Shown here piece after piece: positions 58,300 through 64,000 of a stretch of DNA of 64,000 bases; positions within the stretch are counted from its first letter, which is position 1, and every line of letters starts with the position of its first letter. The translations under genes were made by a program, and so were the position numbers. The DNA lies in the NCBI GenBank assembly GCA_054600435.1, contig BAAIJX010000057.1, positions 1-64,000 of the forward strand. The letters are read 5' to 3'. Source of the stretch: Neophaeotheca triangularis (taxonomy: Eukaryota). The notes under the pieces are model-generated. The model ran no database searches. It saw only the letters and a list, made by a program, of their open reading frames with translations, and was not told the origin of the DNA.

Positions 58300-59055
58300 T
58301 CAAGTCTTCAAACTCTCAATCTCCGCCCGCTCATTCTCAGCCATCTCAAAAGGATCCCCGTACCGACCTACCGCGACCAAAGACGTCAGCAATCCCATTC
58401 CGCAACCCCCCAGCAACCACTCCCAACCGACCCACCCCCCAAAATGCACCTCCCACGCTCTCCACCCGGCTTGAAAGAGAAACCAAAACGGCCAGGGAGA
58501 AAAAAAAAAGAAAAAAAAAAACTTACTCGCAACACTATAATCCTTGTGCGCCAGCCCATCCCACGCGCGCGCGCTCTCGTCCTGCGCTTTCTTGCTCAGC
58601 CACGCGTGTCCCGGCTCGTCCTCCTGGCGCGTGTACGTGTAAGTGAAAGCTTTGCCCGCTGGGCTGTGGCCGTGGTAGGAGCGGGGCGTGAATTGGGATG
58701 GTTTGGTGGAGGATGAGGACTGCGTTGTTTCTGAGGGAGAGGTTGTTGTTGCTGTTGTTGTCGTGGGCGGAGCGGCGTCGTTGTTGCTGAGGGCGTTGAG
58801 GGGGCGTTTGCCGTTGGCGTTTGCGCCGGCGTGGGAGGCGGGTGGCATTGTTGTTGTTGTTGTTGGGGGTTCGGGCGCGGAGGAGCGGGTGGAGGCGCGG
58901 GTTCCTGACGATGGAGGGGAGAGGGTTGCTGGGTCTGAGGCTGAGGGGGGTTGGGAGGTATTGGGGATTGCTGTTGTGGTGGTGGTGGGGTTGGAGGGTT
59001 CGGAGTCCGAGGGGGAAGAGAGCATTTGGCTGTCGCCGTCGTTGTCTGCTGACAT
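58300..59055 (-). CDS. Small hypothetical protein with low-complexity N-terminus; 159-nt in-frame intron 58368-58526
   Basis: EPGHAWLSKKAQDESARAW..RYGDPFE. The intron has GTAAGT, a poly-T tract, GCTGAC and TAG. Confidence 0.75.
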   Translation of the reverse strand: MSADNDGDSQMLSSPSDSEPSNPTTTTTAIPNTSQPPSASDPATLSPPSSGTRASTRSSAPEPPTTTTTMPPASHAGANANGKRPLNALSNNDAAPPTTTTATTTSPSETTQSSSSTKPSQFTPRSYHGHSPAGKAFTYTYTRQEDEPGHAWLSKKAQDESARAWDGLAHKDYSVASKFFFFFFFSPWPFWFLFQAGWRAWEVHFGGWVGWEWLLGGCGMGLLTSLVAVGRYGDPFEMAENERAEIESLKT

Positions 59056-59445
59056 GTTTTGGGAGTAGGAGTGAATTTCGAGGTGATTGGAGAGTGAGCA
59101 CGTGTCGTTGGAGGGCTGGTGGAAGTGAAGGCAGCGGTCTTGTCCCAAAGAGGAAGTCATGCATCTTTATGACGGAACACCTAGGGCCAAAGCTTTACGG
59201 GAGCCGGCCCGCAGTGTGGGGGGCTTGTTCGGCGTTAAGGGTCCCTTCTTCCAGCTGCCTCTGCCCAATTTCACCTCATATGCAGAATATTATTTCACTC
59301 CTCCAAATGCGTATACTTGGTGACACTGAGAAAGCATAGCATACCCGACGCTAGTAGCATTTATTCCTTCCCGAACACCGTCACTCGACACGCCCAGACA
59401 ACAACATCCATCCCTTATTGCGAGCGACCACCGAGAGACCTCACA

Positions 59446-60283
59446 ATGAGCAAGAACGGCGCAGTCCCCGATGCTTGGGACGATGACTGGACCACCGTGG
59501 CAGACGTGAGTTGAAGTGACTCTTCTTATAAAAACGGACCAATCGCTGAACAGACTACAGAAATCCGAAAAAGCACCCAAACCCCAAGAACCAACCAAAC
59601 TGACCAAAGCCGAACGCCGCGCAAAACACGCCGAAGAGCAGCGATTGCTCTGGGAAACAGCAGATCGGCAAGGCGACCAGAACCGCTCCTACTTCCTGGA
59701 ATCCCAAGGCGTGGTGCCCTTGAAAGACGAGTTCAAAGCTCCCGTGAAAGTGCTAGCGCGGAAACCCGCACCGAGCATTGCGAAGCGGGAGGGGGGTCCT
59801 GATTTGGCGAAATTGGCTTTGGAAGATGAAGACGATAGTGAGGAGGAAGCGAAGAAGAAGCGGGAAGCTGATTTTGAGAGTCGGAGGCAGAAGGCCAAGT
59901 TGGAGCGGGAGGAGAAGGAGAGGAAGTATGCCGAGGTCAGGGAGAGGATTATGGGGTCGCCTGTGCCTGGTACGCCAGCTTCGAATAATTCTAGGGAGAG
60001 CTCCAGGGGTGGGGATATGCGGAAGCAAGGAGGGAGGGGTGTCGGGTATGTTGGCGCGAATGGTAGTCGACCTGGCTCTGGACGTCAGTCGCCAGCGAGA
60101 TCGACTATGAATGGCGACGCGCAAGTTTTTGATCCGGAGGATATGGGACGTAGGCTGCCGCCTAGGAGGGAAATTACGCCTAGAACGCCAAAGGAGGGCG
60201 AGCCTATGAGACAGCCGAGGAACCCTGAGCAGAACGGGAGAGGCGGTTTTGGTTTTGGCGCGAGAGGTGGTCGGCCAACCTGA
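59446..60283 (+). CDS. SUZ-domain protein (SZRD1-like); intron 59506-59560
   Basis: VPDAWDDDW, KVLARKP, EEKERKYAEVRERIMG, C-terminal RQPRNPE..GFGF. Confidence 0.8.
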
Positions 60284-61583
60284 GATGCTACTTCGCCTTT
60301 AGTCGAGTACCTGGCAGACTTGTTTGGACTTTGCAAGTTCGCTGGCATCAGGTCATGGATGTGGAATCACGAAGGGCCAGACGACAAACACAAACGCAAG
60401 TGGAACATAGCGGCTTCATTCCGAGCTCGCGGCCATACATACTGGTGGCCGATCCAGAAAGCATCATACCGTCATGCTACCGCAGCACGAAGAGAACAGG
60501 GGCTTTGAATCTTCGAGGTCTGACTCCCGCCGAGCAGCGACGACGCTCCTCCGTCGCGGTGTACGGAGGCCGACAACATTCGTCTCGCTCCAATTACACG
60601 GAGCGTCGACGAAGTCTCATAAATATGAGGCACATCAAGAGCACGGCGAATCTGTTATGGACGAGCCCTCGATGGGGCTTTCTTTACAGCGCCCAATCAC
60701 GACGATGTGGAAAAGTGGTTCAGCTAAGTATGGAAACGAACGGCTCTCGTTAGCTGGTACTCGAGTTGAAAAGACCAATACCACGACGTCTTCATCACTC
60801 GACTCACCATGGTAAAAAACATTGCCGCCCAGGGCCGTGGCGTCTAGAAAGTAGTAGCTACTGGCCTAATGGCCATTGTAGCACACTGTACGTGTCTAGC
60901 ATAGGCGCGGGATGCAGAACATGATTCGCACACAGTAGCGGGCTAGGCAGTCGTACGCAGCAGCTCTCTACCTACAGTACATATGTACTTCATTCATCGT
61001 TCTTCTATGTGATAGTTATTCGGAGGGGGCGCTCACGTCATACACGGGTGCTGATGTATGCAGGAGGTATTACAGTACCATGAAGGGTGTGGGCCAGCAA
61101 GCACCACCTGTTATACGAAGCTGTTTCTCCTTTCTCGGGGAAGGGTGAAGGTAACTCTCATCGGTGTAAAGCAGAGTGAGGAAGAGGTCAGTCGTGGCTA
61201 GGTAATCTTGCCAACGTTGAATATATAATTAGCAGAGATATTCATGGTGGCCATCCTTACGAGTTCTCAAGAGAACAGATTCGGTGGGAAGTGGGCGCCC
61301 AGCTGGGGGCGCGGCGCAGCTGGTTGGACTGTGAATGTAAGAGGTACCTAGGTACTCCGCAGGTCGTGTGCTACGCGACAAGGTAGTGGCGGGACGCATT
61401 CCCACAGCAGCCTTGCTACGGTGGGACCTCCATCAACAGAACTGGCTGGCTGCTCAAGTTGCTTCGAACATTGTAGTAAAGTGTATGTGCGCCATGGCCC
61501 ATGGTCGCAGTCGTCTTGAAGTGGACCCTCAGGGTCAAGTAACGCTGAAGGGCATAATAGGAGGCCAAAGCGAGAGCGGTGGT

Positions 61584-61711
61584 TATTCGAAGCAACATGA
61601 GCTCGACCCAATCACTGTTAGGGCTTTTAGGTGTCATGTGTTAGCGAAGGGGCCTGATGATTTTCTTGGTCAGGTGGATAGGTTTGGGTCGGGCTCAAGT
61701 TGCTTCGAATA
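61584..61711. repeat. 28-bp inverted repeat (26/28 match) around a 72-bp spacer; MITE-like or hairpin
   Basis: tattcgaagcaacatgagctcgacccaa (61584-61611) versus ttgggtcgggctcaagttgcttcgaata (61684-61711); a third 17-bp core copy lies at 61452-61468. Confidence 0.8.
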
Positions 61712-62648
61712 TGCACCCTCTCCCGAGCTCTCCCGAGGGAAGATCACTAGTTTACTACTATCTGCACTGATCCGCTGCCTCCTAGGTACTACTGTCCCCC
61801 GGGAAAGTGCATGTGCATACACATAGCCCGTGAAACGAAAGGGTGGTCTGTGCATATACCCTTGCCACCTCGGACACTAATGCGAGCCTCCCACACCACC
61901 TTTATCATTGGCCACTACTAGTACTACGAAGACGGCGCAGACGGGACCTCCAGACATCGGCAAACGGCACTTGCAGGAATGGCACTCAAAGGCGTGGCGC
62001 AGGAGGCCCTGGCCACCACGACGAACCAACATGCCTACTACTGGCTTCAGGTGGGCAAATTTGTGGGGTCATCTCGCCTTGTTTCTCTTTTATCTACGGG
62101 GGGCGCGCCCCTTCTAAACGGGCGCGCCCTTCTTGCGCCCTTTCTTCGACGCCGACTCGCTTTCACGTCTGCTCTCTGTTAAGTACGCTTCATCGTTAGA
62201 ACCATCAAAACCGGCACTTTCTGGCATGCGCGACACCCAAAATTCATTACCAGTCTCTTCACATATGAAAAGGTTGGAAATCAAAAGCCACACACACACA
62301 AACGGTGAGGACAAGGCCGCTTTCCACCACAAGTTGGCTGACTGCACGTCGACCATCAACAGCAGTTGTCTGTCCGTGTTCACTCTCCTAGCCACGGCGT
62401 GGCATACAACTCTGCCTCCATTTCGGCATCTTGGTTGCCATAATCCCATTTTGTGCTAAACATCGGGTGCAGTTCCAACACGTCGACTGCCTCGCCACGT
62501 TCTAGTATGGATGCTTCGGCTGTAACGCATGGTTAGCCTCTGCTACTACTGCGACGAGCGCGCCAAGGAAACCTTTCGGAGCCCGGATCACGGCTTCACA
62601 CCAGCAACACGTCACCATCGATTACTTCCACGCGACGGAATCCCAACA

Positions 62649-62879
62649 TTAGGACATCTTCTCATCGTCGCCCCGGAACAGCATTGCAGGATGGAGAAGA
62701 CAAGATCGGCGAGGCTTACACTGAGGTCGTTGTCGCCAGCGATCCAGCAATCCTTGAAAGAACGTCTTCGCCTCCCTGTGTGCCTTTCGGAGTATATCCC
62801 AAAAGGCTTTTGCCAGTGCTATGAGGACCATCACCGCTAGTGTTGCTAACGCAACCTTCGTCTCGGCGGTCAAACCCAT
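62649..62879 (-). CDS. Possible small single-TM protein (76 aa)
   Basis: MGLTAETKVALATLAVMVLIALAKAFW followed by basic residues; no other support. Confidence 0.3.
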   Translation of the reverse strand: MGLTAETKVALATLAVMVLIALAKAFWDILRKAHREAKTFFQGLLDRWRQRPQCKPRRSCLLHPAMLFRGDDEKMS

Positions 62880-64000
62880 GCTCGTGGTCGGCTGACAAAT
62901 TGCTCGCAGGCACCGCGGGTGACTGATGTGCGGCTTGGCCTCACAGTATAGGTTCGATCCAAAGTATGCTCGCCGCTTAGGACTTCGACACACGCACTCC
63001 TAGGCAGCTCTCTGTCAGCTTGACTGGATCCACTCGAAAGCACCGCTGTCGCCATTTTACAGACAGATCAGTCGTGCCTGCGACTCGTAACGGCCTCATC
63101 CCTTGCCGCCTCTCGAACAACATCATCGGTACTCTAATCCATGGGCCCAGCTTATGTACGCCACAGTAGCAAGTACTGCCGTCATAACGCCTGGTAAAGT
63201 CGCGAAGAGGCGACTGAGAACCTGTCTGGCTCAGGTCGGCCCAAAGAGAGCGCGATGTACTGCCACCGCTGGAGGAGGAAAGGGTTGTGATACTCACCAA
63301 TTGATGCTCCCACCAGGCCACTTCGACCAAACCACGCTCCTCTGATGTGGCAACCTTGCCGCCGAGGCTAGCTGCTCTTGCACCGGAACGACTCGCCGCG
63401 CTTCCTGCTGACTTCAGGCTTGAACTCTTAGGGAGTCGAGTGTCAGTTGTTATGTTCGACGAACCATCGCAGATGGCCATCATCTGTTTCAGTACAACGA
63501 GAGACCAGACGAGGCGAGACTGTTGCGCGCACTTCGCTGCACTGGACCCTTACTCAGGAGACCGCCCCACGATCTCGCGCGAGCGTTTGGTACTCCATCT
63601 TTGAGCTCAGGTTCGGTTGTGCTGGTCACCAACATCATAAAAGGCTTGACAGCGTGGTGTGTTAGAACGGGGAATCACATACCACTGCGTTGGCACTGCG
63701 CTGCTCCGTCGGCGGAAGCTTTGCCTTGGTCTCGTCGAGTACCGTCACGGGACTGAAGATGGCGATGTATCATATGCGATGCGTCTTTGTTAAGTGTGTT
63801 CGTCAACATGCGGTTGATGTTGCTGGAAGATGAGGTGGTCGCAAGGTCAGGTGTGCTTCGCCTCCAACCCCATTGTAAGCACCCAATCGCACACCCTGGT
63901 AAGTATCTTGGTGGTGTAACAGTCGTCAACCCCACTTTTTATTGGGCTCTTGATTTACCTTCTCCTTTGCTGTAGAAACAGTCTTCAGCCTATTGGTATC

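Noticed and set aside
62977..63975. Short ORFs near the window end
   Set aside because: No recognisable domain or consistent exon structure.

Overview
Gene-dense eukaryotic DNA from a filamentous ascomycete. It has short GT-AG introns with CTRAC branch sites, and the gene set suggests Pezizomycotina, possibly Dothideomycetes (inference). Most of the window holds conserved genes: COT-1/CBK1 kinase, RPB12, NAR1, TRL1, APQ12-like, tRNA-Arg(UCU), ERO1, KEX2, a PhoD-like protein, an alpha/beta hydrolase, a sterol desaturase-like protein, RPN13, RPL6, COA2-like, a Rid-family protein, CKS1, DUF1776, DUF2293, PAF-acetylhydrolase, BOR1 and a SUZ-domain protein. The main find is an accessory island at about 49.7-53.8 kb with a head-to-head pair that the ORF track shows only as fragments: a reconstructable ~277-aa fungal gasdermin-like gene and a TPR-CHAT (caspase-like) protease gene. 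It looks like a protease-activated cell-death/immunity module, and both halves are pseudogenised in this sequence. Other observations: an RPN13 intron that could yield a Pru-only isoform, a candidate intronic H/ACA snoRNA in RPB12, tandem alternative acceptors in CKS1, a GC-AG intron, a convergent CDS overlap, a tRNA-like (SINE-head?) relic and a 28-bp inverted-repeat element. All family calls come from motif recognition by eye; no database searches were run.
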